From NCBI GenBank assembly GCA_013265495.1, contig MU058221.1, forward strand, positions 3,722,001 to 3,786,000: DNA of 64,000 nucleotides, given 5' to 3'. How positions within the stretch are numbered: the first letter of the stretch is position 1; every line of letters starts with the position of its first letter. Positions 24,989-37,436 of this stretch are shown here, in pieces. Under the pieces are notes generated by a model. It did no database searches. It saw nothing but the letters and a program-made list of their open reading frames with translations, and was not told the origin of the DNA. The position numbers and the translations under genes are program-made. The DNA comes from Vicugna vicugna (lineage: Eukaryota).

Positions 24989-27744
24989 CACTGACATATT
25001 TTTTAAGTGTGATATAGTTGTTTGCCTCAGATTGTATACTATCACAAACAGAGCTGCTCCAAAATCTTCATACTTGGGGTATGTGAGAGTTTGTATTTGC
25101 TACAGTATCCAGGACTATGTTGGATGAGTTTCAAGTACACTTAATTTAATAATGTACTGCCAGATTGTGCCAAAAAAGGGTGACAAGTTTAATTTTTTTA
25201 ATCTGCAGTTAAAAAAAAATCCTGCTTCCCCTTTTCTACATCCACACTGAAATGATCTATCCTTCCAAGTTTTACCAGTTGCACTGGTGCATTTTTATTT
25301 TAATGTTCATGCATCTTATTCACTAGAGAAATTAATCATCTTTTCAAATACTTGTTAGTCACTTGGATTTCTCTCTTGGAAAATGTCTGTTCATGTTTTT
25401 CTCTTTTAAAAATTGCTCCTCCTCCCTTTTTTTTCTCTTTTTGGATAAAATTATTTTAATATTTGCAATAATATTAATCCTTTGATGGTTTTGTCACTGA
25501 TAAACCATTTTTACAATCTGTATCTGACCATTAGTTTTCGATAAGCCATTCTCTTTGTAAATGGAAATGACACATTAGTAGAGTATATGAATACACTTCA
25601 TCAAACTTTTATATATAACTTATAGTTTTCTCTTTTGCTTTTGTTTATGAAAACATCTAAACCCATGGCCACAAATATATTTTACAAAACTTCTGTCTTT
25701 GGGTTTTTTTTTTTTTTTTGGTCTTTTTATTTTATACTTGCTTTACTTCTTTTTTTTTTTAAACATTGTTCTTTTTTTCATATTTTATTTTATTTTATTT
25801 TGCTTTACTTTTAATGTATCCTGTGTCCAATTTATGGATTATGATGAAATATATTAGTCTTAATATTTCTATTATCTTTAATAAAATTTTTCTAATGGCA
25901 TTTCTAGTGAAGTCCCATTTTTTATTCCTAATATTGGTCATCTGTGCTTTATTTGTCATTGTTTCGATTGATTAGCTGTTATTTTGCCCATTTCATTATT
26001 ATTATTTCAAAGAAAAATCATTTGACTCTGTTTAGTGTGTTTTATTTTGCTTTATATTTTATTAATTTATGTTCATAAAATTTTATCTGTATCCTCCATC
26101 TTCATAGGGTCTATTCTGTTGCTTTTCCTTTGTATTCTTGAATTGAACATGTAGTTTAAAAATGTTCATCATTTAAGTCTATGAGGTTTTCCTGAATTAC
26201 CACTTTAGCAAAGTTCCACTCAGAGTTACCATTATTATTTTAGTGTTTTGTTCACCGCAAAATATTCAATAAGTTGCCATCATCATTTCTTTTATGATCT
26301 GTTAAATATTTAGGTGTGTGTTGTTGAGATCCGAACTTTTTTTTCCTTTTTATAATTAGTTTTTTTGATATTTTCTCCAGAGTTCTTGGTGTAGAGTGTA
26401 AAATACTTACATTTGATAAGTTTTCCATGAGCAAAGAAGGAGGTATAATGTCTAAGTGTAGGAAACAGTGTTCTACAATTTCTGTTAATTCAAGCAAAGT
26501 ATTTACACTGTGCAGGTAGGTATTCCCTATATATTCTAATTATATTTTTGCCCTGCTGTTATTTGAAAAAGGGAGTCTGAAAATGCTAAATTTATTGCTT
26601 TCTGTACCTAGATAATATTATACATATCATACAATTAAATATGTGTATATAGATATAATATATCTTTACAATGTTATCATTTGCTTCTGCCATTTTTTAC
26701 TTAATTTTTTTTTTGTTACTCAATTTGCTGTTCATTTTGTCTTATTCCCAGTGTAGATGCATTTATTTTGGGTGCATTTTGCCATTTCTAAAAGTAGATG
26801 ATACATTTGACTAATTTCTATTGCTGGTTTCTTTGGAGAAATTTCTTTTTGAAATAGTGAATGACAATTTTTCTATGTCCTGCAAGTGTAGCCATAAACA
26901 ATATATGTTACTATTTCTGGAGTGCAGAGATTTTTATGTGAAATCACCTTGTTAATGATGAAGTTGATAACTTTTATATTTGTACCATCTTTGTCACTTT
27001 GACCCATCAGTTTTGGATAGACTTCTAAAATAGTGTACTCATTTACTTTCTCCTCATAATTGGATGATTTTTAGTTGAGATTTTTGAGGCTTTCTTGTTA
27101 AGCCCATTTTTATTTTATAATTAGCTTTATTAGCCTTATGGTTTATTAAAATTTCCTGCATCTCATTAAAATTATACCCCAAAGATTTAGGTAATTTACA
27201 TATTAAAGTTTGAACACCAACAGACTAGTCGGTTTCCAGTAAACCTTTGTTGATAAAAAAAAAAAAGAATGTTTCTTTAGTAATCAATTCCTAAAGAGGT
27301 GTTGAGGAATTGAAGGACATGCTGACATTTAGGGATTTGGTTTTCTGTTATGCTACTAACAATAGAAATATTAAATAAATTTTGGTTTCAGTAGCCACAT
27401 GTGAGGGTTCCTGTTTGTCTGGCGAAGTGTCAACACTAGATTTTATCTAATACCCTAAAACCATCCACACTAACAAAGGGAACAATTATAACAATGATCA
27501 TAGTAACATTTTGCTTTTAATTCAACAGATAAAAGTCTAATTACTTATTGTTTTAACTTTCTTTTATTTGATTAAATGTACATTTGGACTTATTTTCACT
27601 TGTGCATTAACCCTTTATTTTTCATTCGGTGAATTTCCTTCTCAGATTTCTTACTAATTTTATATTAGAGTTTACAATTTTCATACTAGTTTTAAAGATT
27701 TTTTTGTTTTTGTTTTTGATGCGTGAGAACTAGTTTGGAGATAT

Positions 27745-27900
27745 ATTTTGTAAATGGCTTACTGAAAGACAGACACGCTTAACTATTATGTATTGTCTGT
27801 GGCTAATTTTGTTCTATAGCCGTAGAGTAGGGTAGTTGTAACAGAATTTTATGACCTGTAGATGTAATGTAAATATTTACTCGCTGGCCCTTTGAATAAT
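27745..27900. mobile_element. MER58-like hAT DNA transposon remnant
   Basis: gtattgtctgtggct...gtagttgtaacaga...aaatatttactcgctggccctttg. Confidence 0.65.
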
Positions 27901-30900
27901 AGATAGAAGTTAAAAATAAGAGGTTAAAAGCCATTTATTTGTTTGTTTGTTTACTGTATACAACTCATTTTATTCTCCAGATAACCCTAATTAAGTATCC
28001 TCATTATTCCTGTGGTGTTGGGGGGTTGGGGAAAACTTGAGGTTCACAGAGGATAAGATCATATACTCTTTAAGTGGCAGAGAAGTCATCCAAGGATTAT
28101 CTAGTTCTGAATTTATTTTCTTAACTCATAGGACACATTGACTCTTGTTCAACATAAGAAATATTCATCCCAGCTAAAAATCAAGTCTTTCCACACTATT
28201 TGTATCCCTAGTTGTATATATTTATCGTGTATATCCTTATGTCTTTGTGTTTAATCTTCATTTTTATTTTTCTTCATTTAAATTTACTGTTCATATCATA
28301 TTCTCATGCTTGAAGTATTTTTAAAACATTAAACATTTTTAAACATTCAAAGTTTCTTAAGCTCTGGTTTGCTGGAAATAAATTCCCTTGAGCTTTTGTC
28401 TACAAAGCTTTTCTCTCACATGTTTTTTTAAATAAGACTTTATGTTTTTAGAGCAATTTAAGGTTCACCACAAAATGGAGTGGAAAGCACACAGATTTTC
28501 ATATATTCTCTGACCCCACACATCCACAAATTCCCCACATTTTCAGTGTCCTCTACCAGAGGGGTGCATTTGTTACAGTGTATCAATCTACCCTGATACA
28601 TTGTAACCAGTTAAAGCCAATAATTTACATTATGCTTCACTCTTTGTATTGTATATTCTATGGGTCTGGACAAATGCATAATGATATGTATCCATCATTA
28701 TTGCATGATACACAGTATTTTCACTCTCCTAAAATTTCTCTGTGTTCCACCTATTCATGCTTTTTTTCCTGCACACCTGATCTTTTAAATGTCTCCATAG
28801 TTGTGCCTTTTGCAGAATGTCATAAGGTTGGAACCACATAGTATATATCCTTCCTCAGACTGGCTATTGTTTTTTCACTTAGTAATATGTTTTTAAGCTT
28901 CCTCTATATTTCTTCATGGGTTTGACAACTCACTTCTTTTCTTTTTTAGTGCTGAAAAGATTCCATTGTCTGGATGCACCACACTTTATTTATCCATCCC
29001 CCTCTTGAAGAACATCTTGGTTTCTTTCAAGTTTTGACAGTTACGCATAAAATAGCTTAAACATCCATGTGTAAGTTTTTGTGTGGACATAATTCTGCCT
29101 CTCTGTTGGGTAAATACCTGAGAATTCTATTGCTGGATCATATGGTAAAACTATGTTTAGTGTTGTAACAAACTACCAGACTGTCTTCCAAAGTGGTTGT
29201 ACAATTTTCCATGCCCACCAGCAACAAATAAGATTTCCTCTTGTCCCACATCCTTGCCACAATTTGCTGTTGTCACGTTATGGAATTTTGCCATTCTGAC
29301 AGGTGTGTCTGGTATCTCTTTGTTGTCTAAATTTGCATTTCCCTGATAAAATATGTTGTGAAACATTTTCTCATGTATTAATTTACCCTGTGTATATCTT
29401 TCTTGGTGTGGTGTCTGTTAAGATCTTTGGCCCATTTTTTTTTTAACTGGTATTTTGTTTTCTTATTGTTGACTTGTAAGAGTTCTTTATACATACCTGC
29501 TAATAGTCCTTTATCAGCTATGCCTTTAACAAATATTTTCTCCCCGTCTGAGGTCTGTCTCATCATTCTTGACATTGTCTTTCACAGAACATAGGTGTTT
29601 AATTTTCTTGAATTCCAGGTTGTCAATTATTTGCTTCATGGATCATGCATTTCTTGTTTTATCTAAAAAGTCATCATCACACCTCAGGTTCTCTAGGCTT
29701 TCTCCTGTGTTATCTTGAAGGAGTTTTATAGTTTTGTGTTTAATCTTTCAGTCTGTGATCCATTTTGAGTTACATTTTGTAGTGGGTATAAGATCTGGGT
29801 CTATACATCAGCGTCCAGTTGTTCCAGCACCATTTGTTGAAAAGACTATCTTTGCTCCGTTTTATCGCCTTTGCTGCTTTGTCAAGGATCAGTTGACTTA
29901 AATATTTCTGGATGTCTATTTCTGGGCTTCCTATTCTGTTCCATTGATCTGTTTGTCTACTCTTTCACCAAGACCACTGTCTTGGTAACTGTAGCACTGC
30001 AGTAGTCTTGACGCAGGGTAGTGTCAGTCCTCCAACTTCATTCTTCTCCTTCAACAGGCTGTTCTGCCTCTCCTTGTAAAACACATCAGTTTGTGATAAC
30101 CACAATATAACTTGCTAGCATTTTGATTGGAATCACATCAGATCTATAGATCAGGTTGGGAAGCAATGTCCTGTTGATAACATTGAGTTTTCCTATCATT
30201 GAATATCGAATACCTATCCATTTGTTTAGTTCTCTGATTTCATTTATCAGAGTTCTGTAGTTCTCATCACACAGATTTTGTACATTTTTGCTAGATTTAT
30301 ACCAAGTATTATGTATTTGGGGGCAGTACTATAAATGGCACTGCATATTTAATTTCAAATTTCCAATCTCCTAGGATGTAGGAGAGTCGTTGACTTGTAT
30401 ATATCAACTTGATATTAAAAATGTTTTTAATTTGTCTTAAAATTTCTGCTTTGACCCATGTGTTATTTAGAAGTACGCTGTTTACTCTCTGTGTGTTTTC
30501 TTTTGGAATATTGCAGGTATGTTTCTGTTATTGATTTCTAATCTAATTCCTGTGAGGGTTGAGGGCAGAAACTGTATGATTTCTATCCTTTTATATTTGT
30601 TAAGGTGTTTTAAAATGGCCCAAAATGTGGTCTGTTTTAGTAAATGTTCGACATGAGCTTGTGACGAATGTATATCCCACTGTTGCTGAGTGAAGTCCTT
30701 TATAAACATCAATTTTATTCAGTTGACAGATGGTGTTACTGTGCTCAACTATGTCCTTACTGACTTTCTGGCCCCTAGATCCATCCATTGGTGATAAAAG
30801 GGTGTTGAAGACTCTAACGTAGATAGTGGATTCATCTGTTTCTCTCTGCAGTTCAATTAGTTTTCGCTCATGAATTTTGATGCGGTATTGTTAGATGTGT

Positions 30901-31349
30901 CAGAATTGGGAGAATAAACTCCTTTTTCATTATGTAATACCCTCTCTTTTTCCTGATAACATTTTGAGCTCTGAATTTTTCTTAATTAATATAGCTACTC
31001 TAACTTTTTTTTATTGTTAGCACGGTATATCATTATTCATGCTTATACTTTTAATTAATGTGTCTTTATATTTAATTTGGACTTGTTGTAGACAACACAT
31101 AGATGAGATGGGCCTTGCTTTTTGATCCATCTAACAATCTCAGTCATTTAACCGGTCCATTTAGACCGCTGACATTCTGAGTGATGCTAATGTAATTAAC
31201 GTCTCCTCCATCCGCTCCTGTTCTCTACTGTTGCCCTTATTTTTGTTGCTATTTTTGTCTTGTATTCTTTTTCTGTACTTTGTGGTTTTTAAGTGAGCAT
31301 TAAATGCGATTACAATTTCTCTCCTTAGCATGTCAGTTATACTTGTGTT

Positions 31350-31729
31350 TTCTTTTTTGTTTCTGGCCAGGAAGTAGGATTTATTGGTAAGTAACCGTGG
31401 GGCCGTGCTGAAGCCCTTAGAAGTGCAGGGCCCACCATTTATCCAGGGGCCATTATTAGGAATGTGTTTGGTCCCACAGCCATCTGGCTTGAGCTGATTT
31501 TCAGCCACTATATACTCAGATACATCTGCGTTAAACTTGGTAAGGCCCCACTTTTGGGAGATGTAAAATTCTAGCAGCCAGCTACCTTGAACGTGGTCCC
31601 GCAGGGGGCCTCAGTCCCATGCTTCTTGTTCTGCAGTGTGGTGTAGATGGACATGACGACTGGTTGGCATGGACCCTGGCCAGGCTGCCTCAGGCTTTTT
31701 GAAGGCACCACCGCATACCTGTCTGGAGC
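31350..31729 (-). pseudogene. RPL10: RPL10 processed fragment (last two exons spliced, 3' UTR, AATAAA, degenerate A tail)
   Basis: Degenerate translation LQTGMR..AF...LQNK.H...KWG.TKFNAD...[13 protein letters not shown] matches the RPL10 C-terminus; stop 31419-31417; AATAAA 31385-31380; frameshifts present. Confidence 0.93.
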
Positions 31730-31776
31730 CTATGCTGGGGACAGCATGAGGTCAGACACGAATGTCTGCTAGGATG

Positions 31777-31911
31777 GGCTGTCTCCATGTCCCTTTGGGC
31801 AACGCACATGAGCCACAGGCTGCATTCACTACCAAGGAGGCTGCTGTCTGCAGCCATTGGGCATCAGGACCCCCAAGAGGAAAAGAACATGATTGGCTTA
31901 ATTGGCTGCAG
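31777..31911 (-). ncRNA. SNORA70: SNORA70 (U70) H/ACA snoRNA retrocopy
   Basis: Reverse complement ctgcagccaattaagcc...gcagcctccttggtagtg...aagggacatggagACAgcc matches SNORA70 as recalled; 135 nt; H box ACAGCA (31847-31842) and ACA 3 nt from the 3' end. Confidence 0.92.
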
Positions 31912-32663
31912 TTTTTTGTTTTTGTTTCTTTTTTTTTACCTTTTTTAGTATTCATCCCAGAGTCTGAAATATACATTTACAGCTAATCCAAGTCCACTTT
32001 CAGATAATACTATGCACATCACCGTCCGTGTGAGTGCCTCGTGATAACAAAATAACCCTAATTCCTCCTTCCTGTCCCTTATATCATTGCTGCCACTCAT
32101 TTCATATATACATAAGCACACATATATGTATGTATATAACATTAACATATATAATCAACTACAGTCTAGATGTTATTATATTTAACAAATTGTCGTCTGT
32201 TTGCTCAATTAATAATAAGAAAAATAACTTTTAATTTTCATTTTACCTATTCATTCTTTGGTGCTTATTCTTTTCTTTACACGGATCCAAATTCCTAACT
32301 CCTGTTATTTTCTGTCTCCCTAAAAAACCACTTGTAACATTTCTTGTGGGGGATATCTGGCAGCAAATTCCCTCAGTTTTTGTTTATCTGAGGAAATATT
32401 TATTTCTCGTTCACTTTTGAAGAAAATTTTGACAGAGTGCAACATTGTAGGTTGGTGTTTTTGCGTTTTTTCCCCCCCAATAGTTCATTACAGTAGATTC
32501 TCTTCTTGTTCATGGTTTCTGAAGAAATGTCAAATGCAATTTGTGTATTTGATTTGTTCCTCTGTAGATGAAGTGTTTATGTTTCCCCTCTGGTGTCTTT
32601 TTGGGTTTTTTTTTCCTTGGCATTTTTTCTTGGTGTTCTATGAGATTCCTGGCTCTGCAGTTT

Positions 32664-33230
32664 TGTTACCAGAGTGTAGGTTCTCGTCTTCTTGCAGAAA
32701 GAATTCAGAAACAAGACACAGAGGTCAAGAAAGTAAAGTGAGAATTTATTAAGCAATATTGAGCTTTCAAGGGGCGAGCAGGCAGACTCAGGTGAGTAGC
32801 TGGGCTGAGTTTCTTTGGCAAGCTAGTTGTATGGGTTGTAAAAATGAATCAGTGGAATATTCATTGGAGAAGGAGGGGTTTAGGCCAGATTTCCTGATTT
32901 TCATCCCAGCTCCACCTTCTTGAGGGGAGAAGAGATTTTTGTCTTTATTTAGCCTTGATTGGAAGTGTCGTGGCATCGGTGCATGACGGGTACTTCTTAC
33001 TGCAAGACTAATTCTATTATAATGAGGAAATAATGAGCAAAAGTTTACATTCAGACACCAGAGATTCCTGCCTTTTCCCATATTTTTTTTTCTGCCTCCA
33101 GGACACTTGTTACCCCAAAATGTGTGGTTTCTTATCAGTCTGGAAGTTTCTGTTTTTCTCTGTCTGCCCAGTGACCCTGGAATTTTGGTCGCATCCATGT
33201 TTATTACAGCAGTAATGCCTAAGTGCTCTG
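32664..33230 (-). mobile_element. ERV1 solo LTR (MER41-like)
   Basis: Starts tgttacc...agaaagaattcag...gaatttattaag (antisense U5 and polyA signal); far boundary approximate. Confidence 0.7.
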
Positions 33231-34394
33231 AATCAGAAAACATAAATACCTTTTGGGTAACTGCATAGTGTATCACTTCCCCTCCTTGTGCTGTCAGACA
33301 TTGCAACAGCAGCGTAATATTATTCTCCAAAAGGCAAAACAAAATAAAACATGACACTAATAATGTTATGTTTAATTCATAGTAATTTGATGTTCTTATT
33401 TTCTACGATCAGAATAAAATAGCTTGTGTAAGATGATATATTTGATTCATTTTGTACCAAGTCTTCAAATAATTACAACAGACAATTCAGTTGGAACTTC
33501 TTACTACAAATAACTCCTACATTGAAATGTTAGCTTGAATAATGTCCAAAAAATAGCAACAACAAAGAACGCCGAGAACTTGATGCGCGCACACCCTCAG
33601 CGCCACCACCGTGGGCTACTGTGCTGTGATGCCCATGGTAAAAAGGGATCCCTTCACGATGTCCGGCTAAGCTTGGAAGGGTAGGGACCCATTTCATTAT
33701 TGCAGTTATCTTTCTCCCCTTGGACCTGTGCCCATGCAGGGGCCATCATATTGCCTACCCCAAGCTGTGTAACATATTTTACCAAAATATGCTTATGTAC
33801 AACTTGGAGAGTTTCTTTTAGCTATTCTGGGAGCATATTTTCTACAAGTCCTAGTTACAGGGTTTTGCCTTGAAGGGTCATAGGGGTAAGAGAGTTCATG
33901 AGATGTGAGAGGTACTGGATTTTTAAGTGCCCGGGAAGAAATGAGGAAACCTTCCTTCCTAAAACACTGTGTAGGGTCTGCCTTTACTGAGATGCATCTG
34001 TTGTTTGATAACAGTCACATCTCAGCGGAGCCTGGGAAAATATTTTGAAGTGGTGAACATTATTGCTGAAGAAACAACTTGCATGAATAGAGTAATTTAC
34101 TAAATCAAATGGATGCTGGTAGAAACTCACTTTTATTTACCTTAGGATCACAGAATGAGGCCCCAAAATATGAAATTTTATGAGTTACTCATATTCTTTA
34201 AACATGCCTTCAAGTAAATTTAAAAACTGCGTTTTCCTATACCTCAGTGATTAAATCTGTCAAGGTTAATCTTGGTAGAATCAATAAATAATCAAAGCAT
34301 AGCTCTGTAAAGGGTTGTTCCTCACCACCCTCTCTATGCTGGGCTTTGGGGCTCTGAAACATGTGATGGAAGGAAACTCTATGAGGGGATTATT

Positions 34395-35190
34395 TGGCTA
34401 TTATCAAAAAAAAAAAAGATAACAAGTGTTTTTGAGGATATAAAGAAAAGGGAACCCTTCGACACTGTTGGTGGATATAAATTGGTGCAGCCTCTATGGA
34501 CAATGATAAAGAGCTTCCTCCAAAAATTAAAAATAGTCTTGCCATGTGATCCAGGAATCCTCCTCTGGGTATATATACAAAAAAAAAAAACTGAATCAGT
34601 AATTTGAAGAGATACCTGCATTCCTGTGTTCATTGCAGCGTCATTCACAATAGCCAAGATACGGGAACAACAAAAATGTTCATGTATTCATCTGTGCATG
34701 AATGAAAGGAGGAGATATATAAGAGATCCTGGCATTTGCAACATCATGGAGGAGCCTGGAAGATATCATACTACGTGAAATAAGCCAGACACTGAAAGAG
34801 AAGTTAATGATCTCACTTAACTGTAGAATCTAAAAAAGTTGAACACACAGGAGCAGCGTAGACTGGTGGTTCCCAGGGCAGGGGGGTGGGGGGAATGCGG
34901 AGGTGTTTGTCAAGGGTACAGCAATGCAGTCACATGAAATAAATGAGCTCTAGGATGCAGCACGGTAACTGTTAATACAATTAACAATGCTGTACTGTAT
35001 ATGGGAAACTTGCTGAGAGAATAGATTTCAGATGCTCTTACCAATAAATAAATAAATGAGGTACTGTGTGATGAAATGGATATGTTAATTTGCTTGACTG
35101 TAGTGCTAATGTCACTATGTGTATGTATTGAAACATCATGTCATGCACCTAAAATATGACAATTTTATTACAATATAGAATAGAATAAAA
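34395..35190 (+). mobile_element. L1MA-like 3' end
   Basis: ggctattatcaaaaa...gggaacccttcgacactgttggtgg...gatatgttaatttgcttgactgtagt. Confidence 0.85.
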
Positions 35191-37211
35191 GAGATTGCAA
35201 GTTGTATTCGCACTAAACTAAATAAGCAATTTCTAATTAAACTGAAGTGGCTCTGGGTATTATTATTTTTTCTTTTTTCTTTTTTTTAGCAAGTAATATG
35301 ATACAGGTTAATTCTAGTGTATACGTTTTAAGAGCACTCTTACTAAAATTTCTTCTTTGTGACCTCCCATGGCTTATTTTTCATCTGACAGCAAAGTGCT
35401 TCTGAAGGTCTTAAAATACACAGACTAGACATTTAAAATTAAAATACCATCGTTTGTAATTACTCAGTCATATATATGTTCTTTCAAACTCATTTGTCGT
35501 AATGCAGTTGAGATGATGACCCTCCGACACCTGCCCAGAATTGCTGTTTGACCTTTTGTCTTACTCTAATGAATATTTGTGAAATTGTAACAAACAGTTT
35601 TGATGTTTCAGGTTGCATTTCCAAATCTGATACACATTCCTAGTTCCAGCCTCTTTAATTGGGAGGCTGCAAGCCCGCACTATTGCAGACATAGGAAAGA
35701 AAAGCAATCAATTTTCAATACTCCTTCCTGCCTTTCTTCTTGTGTCATCATTAGCCCCTGTGACACTTACTTATGTTTAGCATAAAATGCAATTTAAAAA
35801 CTCACTTACATTGATTTACTTAAGTAGAGACCGAAGGAGACAAGGACAATGGGAACTGGGCTCCTTCAAGTCATTTGCATATAATCTCATTTCTTCTTCG
35901 CAGCAACGGCTATAAAGAAGGGTACTACTGTCTTCTTCATTTGTAAATAATGAAGTGAGCCACAGAGATATGAAAGGCTTACCTTCAAATAACACTATAT
36001 AATGTAGAGTCAGGTTCCATAATGTGTGATCTTAACCATCATTTCACACTGAGATTCCCTGATAAGCTAAAAATGTGTGTGTAGATAAAAATAATCACAA
36101 AAATGACAATGTCAAAAAAATGCCTTCTTGATTCTCCTATTCCTCAGTTTAAACAACATACACCGACATTTAGCCCTCTAAATATTTTAATGGTGTAATC
36201 TTGTGCAAAATATACACATATGGGACTATTTTATGCATGTTCCCTTTTCCATAAATGGAATCATGCTAAACATATTGATCTCTTGTCACATAAATATTAC
36301 AAAGACCCCAGAGAGTTTTCTCATGTTTTTAACTGACACGTAGATTTCCGTCCTTTTGATTCACCACAATTTATTTTATTGATGGATGTGGACTTAAAGT
36401 TCTTAAAATTCTAAAATGCACCTCCTGTTATAAAACATCTAGAAATGATTTTTATAGCTCAGGTAATGCCATTTCTCCATATGCAGCTAATATCCCAAGA
36501 CATTAAGAGCAAACTTAGGATATAGATTCTATAAGGAGGCTATAAATAAAGTTTCCTGAGGGACAAGAAAAGCTCTGAAAATATGACTGAAAAGAGTGGG
36601 TTGTAAAATCCAAAGAAATGGTGCCTTGAGTTTGAATGATGGCATAAGGATGGAGCCCTGGGCCCGTCCTGATGACTTCATAGAAATATTACCATGTCTA
36701 AAGCCGCCTACAGCCTTTGAGAAATAGAGAATTAAAAAATGTCTGCTCAACATGAAAAGAAGATGGCACAGAGAACTGACTATGTCATATGATGCCTGGT
36801 GGGAAGAATGCCACAATGATGTCTCTTGAGATTTCTGTAATCAAAACCTGGACCTTCTAAACAATCGAGACATGGACGTATACAACCTTGTGCTCTAGGA
36901 TTTCTCAAGCCAAATATTTAAGTAACATTAACAGTGTTAATAGTCACGAAGCACTTAGAATAATTCCAAGTCAATAGTAAATGCTGCTAAAAAGCTCTGT
37001 ACGTGTAATTCAGTAGTTCTGAGATAAGGAGACATCATTTCCAGAAAATATCTTTCTTTCATTCAAACCCTTATGAGATTCCAAAATTAATATCAGTTAA
37101 CTAAAAGCAAGAGGAAAGGGGTTTAAGAAAAAAGACTCAACATAAAGTAATCAGATATCACAATGTATTGTCTAACACATAATACAAATTTTTCTGTATA
37201 AAATATTTTCA

Positions 37212-37436
37212 TTTTGTGTATATTTCCCTGTGCTATACAGTGTAATCTTGTTTATCTATTCTACAATTTTGAAATCCCAGTCTATCCCTTCCCACACAAA
37301 ATGTTATGATAAATCACAGAGAAAAAAATGTGACAATGAGTGTGTATATGTCCATGAATGACTGAAAAATTGTGCTGAACACTGGAATTTGACACAACAT
37401 TGTAAAATGATTATAAATCAATAAAAAATGTTAAAA
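37212..37436. mobile_element. Young L1 3' end with 5' inversion
   Basis: 37212-37294 antisense and 37295-37440 sense with poly(A); TSD aaaatattttca at 37200-37211 and 37437-37448. Confidence 0.88.

Larger units (their letters stand above)
28425..32650 (-). mobile_element. Old L1 (L1MC1-like) with an internal deletion; hosts the SNORA70-RPL10 retrocopy
   Basis: 3' end ttttagagcaatttaaggttcac...; degenerate ORF2 peptides in ORF-track entries 29157-29575 and 30482-30788. Confidence 0.85.

Noticed and set aside
31161..31508. ORF as a functional RPL10-like gene
   Set aside because: Frameshifted pseudogene fragment reading into L1; the N-terminal half of RPL10 is absent.
32788..33357. 189-aa ORF, the longest in the track
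   Set aside because: Lies largely within an ERV LTR; chance ORF.
33595..33615. Possible CTCF site (cagcgccaccaccgtggg)
   Set aside because: Imperfect spacing against the core motif; unsupported without ChIP data.
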